From assembly GCA_002787035.1 (NCBI GenBank), contig PCVP01000034.1:15902-79901 (forward strand): 64,000 nucleotides of DNA, in the 5' to 3' direction. Below, in pieces: positions 10,032-19,620 of the stretch. This stretch comes from Candidatus Peregrinibacteria bacterium CG11_big_fil_rev_8_21_14_0_20_49_14. Its GTDB lineage: Bacteria; Patescibacteriota; Gracilibacteria; Peribacterales; Peribacteraceae. Positions within the stretch are counted from its first letter, which is position 1. Every line of letters begins with the position of its first letter. The notes under the pieces are model-generated. The model was given only the letters and a program-made list of their open reading frames with translations, was not told the origin of the DNA and searched no databases. Made by a program: the position numbers and the translations under genes.

Positions 10032-10915
10032 GAATTCCGTTGCAAACAGGCGGCCCGAATATGCATTCGTATTACACCGATACGCCGTGTACGTGGTGTG
10101 ACGGGTGCGGTGATTACGGCATATGGACAGCCATGAAACGTGCTCTCGTGGAACTGGGATACCATCCTTGGCAGATATTGCTGTGCTACGATGTCGGGTG
10201 TCATGGCAACGGAGCGGATAAAACGCGTGCGTACACTTTTCATGGTTTGCACGGTCGCGTGCTGCCGTTTGCTGCAGGAGCATCGCTTGCAAATCCCAAT
10301 GTTCCCGTCATAGCTTTCGGGGGAGACGGTGCGAGTTTTTCGGAAGGTGTGGGGCACATGGTACACAGTGTGCGCAGTAACTACCCCATGACGTTTGTAC
10401 TGCACAACAATGCCAACTACGGACTCACTACCGGGCAGGCGAGTTCACTCACATGGCAAGACCAACCCATGAACTCTTCACCAAACGGTATTCCCGAACG
10501 TACGCTACCGTCCATGGATTTCATATTTTCACTCGAGCCCACATTCGTTGCTCGCGGATTTTCCGGAAACATAGAGCAGATGGTTCGCATATTTAAGACG
10601 GCGTTGCAGCACAGGGGATTTGCCTATGTCGATATTTTGCAGGCGTGTCCCACGTACAATCATCTCGCCACACACGACTGGCTTCTTTCGCATGTGTACG
10701 ATGCCAACAGTGAAGGGCACGATCCTTCGAACTTCGAGGAAGCACGGCGTATAGCGGTGGATACAACTGACCGCATATCTACGGGTATTTTGTACCAAAA
10801 CGAAGACATCCCCAGTTTCTACGAACGGTTGATACCGAGGCAACAACGAAAGACCACTGCAGTGGAGGAAGTGGAGAGAACGGATGTCAGTGAACTGATG
10901 AAAGAGTTTGTGTAG
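10028..10915 (+). CDS. 2-oxoacid:ferredoxin/flavodoxin oxidoreductase subunit beta
   Basis: WCxGCG, HGLHGR, GGDG...NN TPP-binding motif, YGLTTGQAS and LQACPTYN. Confidence 0.93.
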   Translation: MRIPLQTGGPNMHSYYTDTPCTWCDGCGDYGIWTAMKRALVELGYHPWQILLCYDVGCHGNGADKTRAYTFHGLHGRVLPFAAGASLANPNVPVIAFGGDGASFSEGVGHMVHSVRSNYPMTFVLHNNANYGLTTGQASSLTWQDQPMNSSPNGIPERTLPSMDFIFSLEPTFVARGFSGNIEQMVRIFKTALQHRGFAYVDILQACPTYNHLATHDWLLSHVYDANSEGHDPSNFEEARRIAVDTTDRISTGILYQNEDIPSFYERLIPRQQRKTTAVEEVERTDVSELMKEFV

Positions 10916-11036
10916 GAGATATCCAACCTGGTGCCTGCCTTCCAACGGCGACACCATTCCGTTTCTGTTCTTTTCATTCTCCCGATGAGAGCTGTTTGTT
11001 GTTTTGTTTTGTACTTGTTTCTGTAAGAATAACCGA

Positions 11037-12725
11037 GTGCAGAAACAATGTACCAATTGCGGTACCACGTTTAAAATTTCCGAGAAGGATACCTCTTTTT
11101 ATAACCAAGTATCACCGGTATTCGGAACTGAAAAAGTGGAAATGCCTCTCCCGAAAAAATGTCCGGATTGTCGGCAACAACAGCGATTGTCTTTCCGAAA
11201 TGAGCGGCGTCTTTTTAGGCGCAAATGTGATTTAAGCGGAGAGAACATTGTATCAATGTATCCTGCTGACGCTCCCTTTCCCGTGTACTCCACTGAAAGT
11301 TGGTGGTCTGATAAATGGGATGCACGAAATTTTGCACAAGATATTGATTTTTCACGACCATTCTTCGAGCAGCTTCATGAGCTGTATCTGCAGGTGCCTC
11401 GCCTGCAAAACGTTGGCAGTTCAGACATGAAAAAGATGAATAGTGAATATGTAAATTATGCCGGTTGGAATAAAAACTGTTACCTAATTTTCGACTCAGA
11501 CTATAACGAGGAATGCTGTTACTCCAACGTAATCAAACATTCGAAATACTGTCTCGATTGTTCTTATGTTTCCCAATCACAATTCTGCCACGACTGTGTC
11601 GACTGTAGTAATTCATACGAACTGAAATCATGCCAACGATGCAATAACTGTAGTAACAGCTCTTACCTTTTTAATTGTATTGGATGCCAAAACTGCGCTT
11701 TTTGTTGCAATCTTACAAATCAGAAGTACTGTCTTTGGAATAAGCAACTCACAAAAGATGAATATCACAATAATCTCAATGAGATTATTCAGAGTGGTAC
11801 GCCTGAGGAAATCACCAAGCAGTTCGCGGAATTTACCCTGACATATCCGCGTAAATACTGTTCAATACTGCAATCTGAGGATTGCAGCGGTGATTACATT
11901 TCGAATGCACAACGATGTACCACCTGTTTTAATGTTGGAGATGCGCAGGATTTGCAGTACTGCGATTCAGTCTATCGCGCAAAGGATTGTATGGATGTAT
12001 CCTCTTTTGGTGAAAAGATTGAACGAGTGAGTAATAGTGGAACCATCGGACACGGCTGTTTTGGTGTTCATTTTTCTTACGACTGTGTTACAAGCTGCTC
12101 AGACCTTTTCTATTGCCTGCAGTGTCATCAGACAAAAAATTCATTCGGATGCGTCGGTTTTCGCAGTGGCAATTACTGCATTCTGAATAAACAGTACACT
12201 AAAGAGGACTATGATGAATTGGTACCCAAAATCGTGAAACACATGCAATCCACGGAAGAGTGGGGTGAATACTTTCCCGTCCGGATGTCGCCGTTTGCAT
12301 ACAATGAAACTGTCGCACAGGAGTACTTTCCAATGACAAAAGAGGAAGTGTTGGCAAGAAACTGGAAATGGCGAGATGCAACAGACGATATTCCAAAGGT
12401 GGAAAAAACCATTCCGGCGGCACAGTTGCCACACTCAATACAAAATATACCTGACGATATCTTGAACTGGGCAATTACCTGTGAAACAACCGGAAGACCT
12501 TTTCTTGTCACAAAACAAGAACTCTCATTCTATCGCAACATTCAAATCCCCGTCCCCCATTTTCATCCCGATGAACGGCATAGAAAAAGGATAGCACTCC
12601 GAAACCCACGCAAGCTTTGGAAGAGAAAATGCGATACGTGTGGCAAGGATATTCAGTCCACGTATGATCCTGATCGCCATGAAACCGTATATTGCGAGGA
12701 ATGCTACCTCAAAGAAATGTACTGA
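11037..12725 (+). CDS. Cys-rich repeat protein with N- and C-terminal CxxC zinc ribbons
   Basis: CTNC/CPDC at the N-terminus, two blocks of short Cys-spaced repeats, CDTC...YCEECY at the C-terminus. Start set at GTG 11037. Confidence 0.8.
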   Translation: MQKQCTNCGTTFKISEKDTSFYNQVSPVFGTEKVEMPLPKKCPDCRQQQRLSFRNERRLFRRKCDLSGENIVSMYPADAPFPVYSTESWWSDKWDARNFAQDIDFSRPFFEQLHELYLQVPRLQNVGSSDMKKMNSEYVNYAGWNKNCYLIFDSDYNEECCYSNVIKHSKYCLDCSYVSQSQFCHDCVDCSNSYELKSCQRCNNCSNSSYLFNCIGCQNCAFCCNLTNQKYCLWNKQLTKDEYHNNLNEIIQSGTPEEITKQFAEFTLTYPRKYCSILQSEDCSGDYISNAQRCTTCFNVGDAQDLQYCDSVYRAKDCMDVSSFGEKIERVSNSGTIGHGCFGVHFSYDCVTSCSDLFYCLQCHQTKNSFGCVGFRSGNYCILNKQYTKEDYDELVPKIVKHMQSTEEWGEYFPVRMSPFAYNETVAQEYFPMTKEEVLARNWKWRDATDDIPKVEKTIPAAQLPHSIQNIPDDILNWAITCETTGRPFLVTKQELSFYRNIQIPVPHFHPDERHRKRIALRNPRKLWKRKCDTCGKDIQSTYDPDRHETVYCEECYLKEMY

Positions 12726-12844
12726 ATACTTGCGCAGGCCCGAAAGAATATACAATTCCCTACTATTCCTCAGGGTAAGCAGGTGTCTTGGTGAGGTGTT
12801 ATCGCGCTTACGTATGCCATATTTTTTCCGGTTATTTCATGAAC

Positions 12845-13312
12845 CTACACTGTAATAACCACCGTCCTCGCCACGAAATCGTGCAGACACTTTCGTTCTG
12901 CGCGAAAAATGAGAAGACTGTCTGCCAGGAAGTAAAAGATGTTTCCGAGCATGAGGGCATTGAACCACGAGCGCAGAATAAGTGCGCGCACCGCACCCGG
13001 GTGCTCGTGTGTTTTTTCATCCACGATGCGAAGACCCATAACTTTTTTGCCCACCGTTTGTCCGTGCGATGCTATGAGCACCCACTGCACTATGTGCACG
13101 ATAAGAGCGGATGCCATAAGACCCACCAGTAACGAAGCACGCTTCAGTACCGCAGGATCTATACTTGCGACTTCCGCTTCTATATCTACGTACGCATACG
13201 TAAGCAGCCCCAGTATGATCATAGGGGCACCCTCGAGTATAAGATCTATCACCCGTGCCATCAGACGTTGGTTCGGACTCGCAAGAATTATTTTCTTCTT
13301 ATGCAGACGCAT
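12845..13312 (-). CDS. RDD family membrane protein
   Basis: RLMARVID, GQTVGKKVMGLRIV and LHDFVART motifs. Confidence 0.9.
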   Translation of the reverse strand: MRLHKKKIILASPNQRLMARVIDLILEGAPMIILGLLTYAYVDIEAEVASIDPAVLKRASLLVGLMASALIVHIVQWVLIASHGQTVGKKVMGLRIVDEKTHEHPGAVRALILRSWFNALMLGNIFYFLADSLLIFRAERKCLHDFVARTVVITV

Positions 13313-13348
13313 GCACGTATGGTGCTCGTTTTGACTTCGTAGGGCAAG

Positions 13349-13729
13349 TTATGCAGCTCCGTCTCCGTCTCGAGAACGTACAACATTTTCGGGTCTGTAA
13401 AGCTTCAGTTGTTTTTCTCTCACTGCGGGAGAAAAGTGTACAGTCGGTATTTTCAATGCCGGCATTTCCACTGCGTCGACCCCATTTCTTCTCATTGTTG
13501 CGCGAATGCTGTTTCTTGTTTTGAGTACGGTTAAATGATTTCGGCCGGTATTTTCTACATGCGCGTACATAGAACGCTCTTCTCTTTCAGTATCTCCGCT
13601 TACGACGCCCAGTGCACGTACACGAGGCTTCCGAGTGAGTTGATCTATAAGATCCGATGGAGAAATGTTTCGTTCTTCCGGAAGGTGGCCGATGACGAAT
13701 TCTTCGTTGTTTTGCATCTCTGTATTCAT
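13349..13729 (-). CDS. hypothetical protein
   Basis: 126-aa ORF with an ATGA overlap to the upstream gene. Confidence 0.55.
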   Translation of the reverse strand: MNTEMQNNEEFVIGHLPEERNISPSDLIDQLTRKPRVRALGVVSGDTEREERSMYAHVENTGRNHLTVLKTRNSIRATMRRNGVDAVEMPALKIPTVHFSPAVREKQLKLYRPENVVRSRDGDGAA

Positions 13730-14622
13730 CGTACTCTCAATACCATATTACTTGCTTCGAGTGCGTCTTTTTCCATTTTTTTCTCGTTGCGTCGCAGCTC
13801 TGTAATTATGAAGCCGTTGTGACCGTGCTGTTGGTGCATCCATTGTATGGGCTCGTTTTGCGTGTTGCGCATGGTAAACGCTCTTCTCGGTTCCCAGTAG
13901 GGTTGCCAGTGTCCCATTCGTTCGTGTGCATTATTCAATATATCCTGAGCGCCCGATTGCGGATGTATGGGTGCATCTCCTGCGACAACGAGTTGTGCAC
14001 CCGGATTCGTATACTGCGTCGCGTAGCGCATAACATGCTCTCTGTCCGCCAGAGCCATATGCATGGCAGAATGTGTCTGAGTGGGATGATTCGGATATTC
14101 GGCGGATGCGATATCGAAGTTATAGGTGGGAAATGTCCACGTAACGGAGTCGACCGGTTTTAGATTCAGGAGACTATCGAGCACGCCACGACTGCGAATG
14201 TCATCGCACAGTACGGCAACGGCATCGGAGTTTTGCAGGTTTATTGACTGAAGGTCCGGCAGAGATATGGGGTATTCCACGTGCAGAGGCTGTGTTCCTG
14301 AAGCACGAAGTTGTACATTATTCATGTGTGTTTCCACCGGTATGTTGGCACTGCCAAGACTTTCTGCCGCTCTTTGCGCATTAAAATAATTGCGCAGCAT
14401 GGCGATAACTTTTTGGTTCGTTCGTGCGGAAATAAGTGCGGCGAGGCCTCCCACCATACCGTTTATATCCACATGAATGCCGGTGCGGTTTGCATCTATG
14501 AAACTTGCGATTTGCGTTGCGATACCGGACTCCAGCAGGAGAGCGGAGCGAGCTGCATCTTTCTCAGATTCTTTTTTTGCCGCATGTATATAGGCATATT
14601 CTCTGTTATCTGTACTCATCAT
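13726..14622 (-). CDS. hypothetical protein
   Basis: 298-aa ORF; no recognised motif. Confidence 0.7.
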   Translation of the reverse strand: MMSTDNREYAYIHAAKKESEKDAARSALLLESGIATQIASFIDANRTGIHVDINGMVGGLAALISARTNQKVIAMLRNYFNAQRAAESLGSANIPVETHMNNVQLRASGTQPLHVEYPISLPDLQSINLQNSDAVAVLCDDIRSRGVLDSLLNLKPVDSVTWTFPTYNFDIASAEYPNHPTQTHSAMHMALADREHVMRYATQYTNPGAQLVVAGDAPIHPQSGAQDILNNAHERMGHWQPYWEPRRAFTMRNTQNEPIQWMHQQHGHNGFIITELRRNEKKMEKDALEASNMVLRVR

Positions 14623-14672
14623 GAATATAATGCACTATATTTAATTTTTGTACAGCACTCCGTTTCCCTTTT

Positions 14673-15218
14673 CTAGGCGTGCCGCGAAGCATTTTTAAGG
14701 TATACGTCCGAATCGAAATCCATCGCCAGGTACTCCGCAGCAAAATCCGTGTACTGGGCGTCGAAATGTAAGTCCTGGTCCAGCCACAGGCGTGTGAATT
14801 CCGAGACATCCACTGCGCCGTCGTATCCGTTGCTCTCGTTTTGCACGGTGCCGTTTCGTAAGATTTTATACGTCCAGTGCAGGTGAGGACCCGTGCTTTG
14901 GCCCGAGTTTCCACTCTTTGCTACGGGGTCTCCCTGGTAGATGTTTTGTCCTTCACTCACCGTAACTTCCGAGAGGTGTGCCAAAATACTTTTTCGTTTT
15001 GCATCGGTAATCACAAGATACAATCCGTATCCTGCCGAGCCGTCATTCACCGTGTGTGCCACGCCGTCATGCGGAGCGTAAACAGTGGTACCTTCACTCA
15101 CACCGAAGTCTATGCCGTTGTGCCCCGCAAAACCCCACGCACCGTACACGTCGGGATTTTGCCCGAAGCTTTGAGTAATAAGTGGAGTACCTGGAAGAGG
15201 GGAGAAAATCATCTCCAC
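14673..15218 (-). CDS. M23 family metallopeptidase
   Basis: HNGIDFG (HxxxD) and STGPHLH (HxH) motifs. Confidence 0.92.
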   Translation of the reverse strand: MEMIFSPLPGTPLITQSFGQNPDVYGAWGFAGHNGIDFGVSEGTTVYAPHDGVAHTVNDGSAGYGLYLVITDAKRKSILAHLSEVTVSEGQNIYQGDPVAKSGNSGQSTGPHLHWTYKILRNGTVQNESNGYDGAVDVSEFTRLWLDQDLHFDAQYTDFAAEYLAMDFDSDVYLKNASRHA

Positions 15219-15233
15219 CAGAGTACGGCGCTC

Positions 15234-15845
15234 TTACGTATCTAGCAATGTAAGGAATTCGTTCCGTAATTTTAAAATTCGTTCGGCATGTTCTCCTTGT
15301 TTTGTACTAAGACTTTCGCGGAAACGTTCTCCTTCTCCCGGGCACACATCCGTACAGACGCCTTCTCCTTTCAGTTTTGTTTTATACATTTCTACCAGTT
15401 CCGCGTTTCGAGTTCCGATACTACCGTCTATGGTAATTTGGTACAGCGGACGACAGGAGTTATCCATAGTGTCTATGCAGTAATGTTCTTTTCGAAATTC
15501 TGCGTAGAGCCTGCCTCCTTCTTCACCTTTCCCCACAAGTTCTGCGGTCAACTGAGCTTGGCGGAATATGTGCTTCACCACGTCGGCATGAGGGCAGGCG
15601 ACGTTGTAATCTTGGTCCACTCCACGCTCAGCGCATGTTGTTCTCCCGGGATTCCACTCGTTGTTTTCGTGGGGAAATCCGCAGTTACGGGCGTAGAGTT
15701 TTCGCAGCTCTTCGCAGATGTGCCACAGAGACATTTCCGGAGTCACGAATGTTTCTACTTCGACATCGGCATACATGTCGGGAAATCTCTGAGAGAGAGG
15801 TTGTAATTGCACATCCGGCACGGGAGTTGACAGTCTTTTTGACAT
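15234..15845 (-). CDS. hypothetical Cys/His-containing protein, tandem paralogue 2
   Basis: Aligns by eye with 15868..16467. Confidence 0.75.
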   Translation of the reverse strand: MSKRLSTPVPDVQLQPLSQRFPDMYADVEVETFVTPEMSLWHICEELRKLYARNCGFPHENNEWNPGRTTCAERGVDQDYNVACPHADVVKHIFRQAQLTAELVGKGEEGGRLYAEFRKEHYCIDTMDNSCRPLYQITIDGSIGTRNAELVEMYKTKLKGEGVCTDVCPGEGERFRESLSTKQGEHAERILKLRNEFLTLLDT

Positions 15846-15867
15846 GAATACGGTGTATTTTTTTGGC

Positions 15868-16467
15868 TTACGGTTTCAATAAATCAAGGTATTTATCTCG
15901 TATTTCCAACAGTCTCTTTCCTCGTTTTGCTTGTTCTGCGGCGAGGCACTTTCTTACTTTTTCTCCTTCGCCGGGATGTGCGGCAGTAGGAATACCTAGC
16001 TGCGCAAGAGCCAGAAAATTACGTGTGGGGTCGGAGTGCATACTTGTTGTTCCGTCCATGGAAAGTTGATACAAGGGTCTGCAATTACCGTCGATATCAT
16101 CAAGCTCTGTGAGTAACCTTCGTGATTCTAAAAACAGTCTGCCGCCCGCAATATCTTTTCCGATTAATCTGGACGTGAGCCAGGCCTGCCAATATGCACC
16201 GTCTGCTTTGGAGTGTACGCAGACGACGTTGTATTCTTCTTCTATGCCTTTACATGGTTGCCTACTTTCGTTGCTTGACCAGTTTTCATGCGGCATGCCG
16301 CAACACCGCATATACACTTTTCTCAGTTCGTCACATACATGAGATACTGTGACATTTTCTTCCAGCATTATTCCAAACAGAGGGTCACTAGCAAACCTCT
16401 TGGGAAATTGCAGACGCAGAGGCATCTGTTCTATTGCGACAGTGGATGCTTGCGCTTCCATGAACAC
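15868..16467 (-). CDS. hypothetical Cys/His-containing protein, tandem paralogue 1
   Basis: Aligns by eye with 15234..15845. Confidence 0.75.
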   Translation of the reverse strand: MFMEAQASTVAIEQMPLRLQFPKRFASDPLFGIMLEENVTVSHVCDELRKVYMRCCGMPHENWSSNESRQPCKGIEEEYNVVCVHSKADGAYWQAWLTSRLIGKDIAGGRLFLESRRLLTELDDIDGNCRPLYQLSMDGTTSMHSDPTRNFLALAQLGIPTAAHPGEGEKVRKCLAAEQAKRGKRLLEIRDKYLDLLKP

Positions 16468-16501
16468 GGTTTACTCTTTTTTTGGCTTTGTATAAAGAAA
16501 T

Positions 16502-17476
16502 TTACATGTTCTTCTGCGGGCCACTCCACGGAGAAAGAAGTACGGCTCGAACCGTGAGAAAAGGGTGTTTTACGCAAAATTTCTTTAGTACTCCACTTCC
16601 GCCACCTTTGCCACCTACGGCACGTTTGTTTTTTATGCGATCGAAGAATTTCCAGGCCATAGTGCTCAGAGCGCGATTTCTTGCTGCCACTGCCTCTTTC
16701 CTCATTGTGCCCGAGGGAAGTGATGCTATGAGCTGCTCGAAGCAGGTAAAGCGGTCGTAAATGCCGGCTCCACTTGCGGCATTTCTGGCACTGGCTGCCG
16801 CAGGATGCACGCGAAATGCACCGATATCTTCTTTGACGTAGTACCAGTCGCTTTTTTGCAAGCAGCGTACCCAGTACTCGACATCCAGAAATTGCGGCAT
16901 CTCTTCGTTAAACGGTCCCACTTCTTCCAGCAGGGATTTGCGAAACATCACAAACGGTGGTTCGCCGATAACATTGGGGTGCAGTTCGTTTCGTATCCAC
17001 CAAAGGAGAAACTCCTCCCCTTTATGCAGTCCCGTTTCCACGTTCTCTTTGCGGAAGTTGCGCAGCCTCTCGTATGCCTCCACCGGCATGCCGCCTTCGT
17101 ATTGGTACAGGTGTTCCAACGATACGAATCCTGCCGACGAGTTGTGCTCCAGCGCTTCCAGCGCCTTTTCCAAGTGCATGCTTCCCCACAGGTCATCTTG
17201 GAACAGAAACTGTACGTACGGTGCAGTTGCTCTTTCCACGCAGGCATTCCAGTTGCCTCCGATGCCGAGATTTTTGGCACTGCGCTCAAAGCGAATACGC
17301 TGGTCATTCATAAACGGCCGGATCATACCCAGAACATCGCTTTTGGAAGCATCGTCGTGAATGAAGAGAGACCACCGTTGCTCCGTTTGGGCGAACAGAC
17401 TTTCGAGCGCCTCAGCAAGGTGCTGAGGGTTCGGCTCGTATGTTGGCATTAAAATACTGACGATTGGCGTGTTCAT
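16502..17476 (-). CDS. glycosyltransferase family 2
   Basis: VSILMPTY, HDDAS, NLGIGGNWN, FQDD and LDVEYW motifs. Start at ATG 17476. Confidence 0.9.
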   Translation of the reverse strand: MNTPIVSILMPTYEPNPQHLAEALESLFAQTEQRWSLFIHDDASKSDVLGMIRPFMNDQRIRFERSAKNLGIGGNWNACVERATAPYVQFLFQDDLWGSMHLEKALEALEHNSSAGFVSLEHLYQYEGGMPVEAYERLRNFRKENVETGLHKGEEFLLWWIRNELHPNVIGEPPFVMFRKSLLEEVGPFNEEMPQFLDVEYWVRCLQKSDWYYVKEDIGAFRVHPAAASARNAASGAGIYDRFTCFEQLIASLPSGTMRKEAVAARNRALSTMAWKFFDRIKNKRAVGGKGGGSGVLKKFCVKHPFLTVRAVLLSPWSGPQKNM

Positions 17477-17504
17477 ATTTAGACACAGGGTATACTGAAC
17501 TTCC

Positions 17505-18164
17505 ATGCGAATCGATGTCATTACGTTATTTCCCGGCATGTTTACGGGCCCACTTACGGAGAGCATTCTTCAGCGGGCTCAGGATGCCAATTTATTGGAA
17601 ATTTATTTTCATGATCTCAAAGAGTTCGGCCTCGGAGAGTACAGACAAGTGGATGACAGACCGTACGGCGGAGGAGTGGGAATGGTACACAGAGTGGATA
17701 CAGTGGTGCCTGCCATAGAGGCGGTGCTGGAACAGGGGGATGCCAAAAACGTGCACAGCATTTACCTCTCTGCGAGAGGAGATACGCTCACGCAGCCCAA
17801 AGTGGAGTCTCTTGCACATGACTACGACCGACTTCTTCTGCTATGCGGACATTACGAAGGGGTGGATCAGCGCATTATGGAAGGAGGATGGATAGATGAA
17901 GAAATAAGTATCGGACCGTACGTGCTCACCGGCGGGGAATTGCCTGCAATGGTTCTTATAGATGCCGTGAGCAGACATATTCCGGGTGTCCTTGGGAAAG
18001 ATGAATCTTCCCACGAAGAGAGTTATTCTCAGGCAACGGACGGAAAGCGTGAGTATCCTCACTACACCAGACCCGAAGAATTCAGAGGGCTCAGCGTACC
18101 GAACGTACTGCTTTCGGGGCACCATGCGGAAATAGAGAAGTGGCGCAAGAATCAGCTTTCTTAA
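17505..18164 (+). CDS. trmD: tRNA (guanine37-N1)-methyltransferase
   Basis: VDDRPYGGG, CGHYEGVDQR, SIGPYVLTGGE and YPHYTRP motifs. Confidence 0.97.
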   Translation: MRIDVITLFPGMFTGPLTESILQRAQDANLLEIYFHDLKEFGLGEYRQVDDRPYGGGVGMVHRVDTVVPAIEAVLEQGDAKNVHSIYLSARGDTLTQPKVESLAHDYDRLLLLCGHYEGVDQRIMEGGWIDEEISIGPYVLTGGELPAMVLIDAVSRHIPGVLGKDESSHEESYSQATDGKREYPHYTRPEEFRGLSVPNVLLSGHHAEIEKWRKNQLS

Positions 18165-18171
18165 TAACCGT

Positions 18172-18444
18172 ATGTTCCAAACTTTCATGCAAGAACTCCG
18201 GCAGAACGGAACGGTGCGTTTTTACGTGAGAGCTGTGCCCGGAGCTGCGCAGACCAATGCGACGGAAGTCTTGGAAGATCAGAGCGTAAAAGTGCGTGTT
18301 GCGGCTCCGCCAGAAGGCGGGAAAGCAAACGCCGCTCTCTTAAAATATCTGGCGAAAGAATTTGCGGTTTCCATGTCGCAAGTTCGCATTGTCTCAGGAC
18401 ACGCCGCACGCATAAAGCTGATAGAGGTTACAGCTGCTTCGTAA
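18172..18444 (+). CDS. DUF167 / YggU family protein
   Basis: VRVAAPPEGGKANAAL and IVSG motifs. Confidence 0.88.
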   Translation: MFQTFMQELRQNGTVRFYVRAVPGAAQTNATEVLEDQSVKVRVAAPPEGGKANAALLKYLAKEFAVSMSQVRIVSGHAARIKLIEVTAAS

Positions 18445-19156
18445 GTGCTTGTTCTATGCGGCCGCGCAAATCCGCATAGTACGGAAGACCTACAAACTTC
18501 TCTCCGTTTAACAGAAACGACGGTACGTACTCTATACCCAGAGACATAGCCCATTCTTGCTGTTCTGCCAGGAGCGTATCTTCTTCTTGGCTTTCCATGC
18601 ACTGAACAAAAATGTCCGTATCCAATTCCATTTCTTTGGCATACGTGAGCTGCGATTCCAAATCTTTGAACGTGCGCTCAAACAGCAACGTACTGAATGC
18701 CAATCCTTTCCCCTGTCTTGCGGCGCATAGCACTCCCTTTGCGGCAACGCCGCTGTTTGCGTACTTATGGAGAGGGAAATGTACGAATTGAATACGCAAT
18801 GTACCGTTATCCACAAAGTCAGACATCAGGTACAGGAAGTGTTCATTGTGAAATTCTTTGCAGTATCCGCAGTGGTGTTCCGTAAATACCAATAATGTCA
18901 GGGGTGCGGATGCTTCTCCTATATCCAATATCCCGCTTTGCAACAGACGCTCTTTGGGAAGCAGCGCACCCGAAGATACGGGAAGTTCGGGTGCTTCACT
19001 GTCGTGTAATACCTCTTCGGCTCGCTCAGTGGCGGGAGCAAGAATTCTGGTTTCTTGTTCTTCCACTATTTGTTCGACGGGAACGCATGCCATAAGCGTC
19101 AGCAGACATGCCGCACTTCCCAGAGAGAGCCCGCACTGTATTTTATTCAGAGGCAT
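18428..19156 (-). CDS. DsbA family thiol-disulfide oxidoreductase, probable lipoprotein
   Basis: CGYC active site, FPLH, YVPSF cis-Pro loop and an LMAC lipobox. Start at ATG 19156. Confidence 0.85.
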   Translation of the reverse strand: MPLNKIQCGLSLGSAACLLTLMACVPVEQIVEEQETRILAPATERAEEVLHDSEAPELPVSSGALLPKERLLQSGILDIGEASAPLTLLVFTEHHCGYCKEFHNEHFLYLMSDFVDNGTLRIQFVHFPLHKYANSGVAAKGVLCAARQGKGLAFSTLLFERTFKDLESQLTYAKEMELDTDIFVQCMESQEEDTLLAEQQEWAMSLGIEYVPSFLLNGEKFVGLPYYADLRGRIEQALTKQL

Positions 19157-19533
19157 CTTGCTCCTTGCGGGGGAACGGCACATCCGTTTTTGCAGTATGT
19201 ATGTTTGGCACGACCGTTGCTGCCTACGTATGTGAGCACCTGAGGCTGCGTACACATACCTTCCGGATTGGGCAAAGGCTCGCATGTTCCTTCCAAGTTA
19301 CAAACGGAGTACGGACCCTTGCAGTCGGCACTGCCTACGCATGTTTCTTTTTGAATCAATCTCTCGGGTAGTTGTGTTTGTAGTTCTCCGTTTTCGTTCA
19401 GTAACGTACTGGCACCGAGCAGAGAGGCGTTGCGATGTGCAATGAATACGATGGCGGCAAGTGCGAGTCCTGCGGCACATACTTTTCGTATATCACGCTT
19501 GACGGGGTTCTTTTGCGGAGCACGTATTGGCAT
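19147..19533 (-). CDS. small membrane-anchored or secreted Cys-rich protein
   Basis: Basic N-terminus plus a hydrophobic helix, then 8 Cys in the C-terminal ~65 aa; overlaps the dsbA start. Confidence 0.65.
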   Translation of the reverse strand: MPIRAPQKNPVKRDIRKVCAAGLALAAIVFIAHRNASLLGASTLLNENGELQTQLPERLIQKETCVGSADCKGPYSVCNLEGTCEPLPNPEGMCTQPQVLTYVGSNGRAKHTYCKNGCAVPPQGARCL

Positions 19534-19620
19534 GAAATCAGTGTGCGTGAAGCGCTTTCGGAATGCAACTTACGAGGGAAATACTGTGGCAAAGCGGCAC
19601 TTCGCGGTACGATGAGCCCG

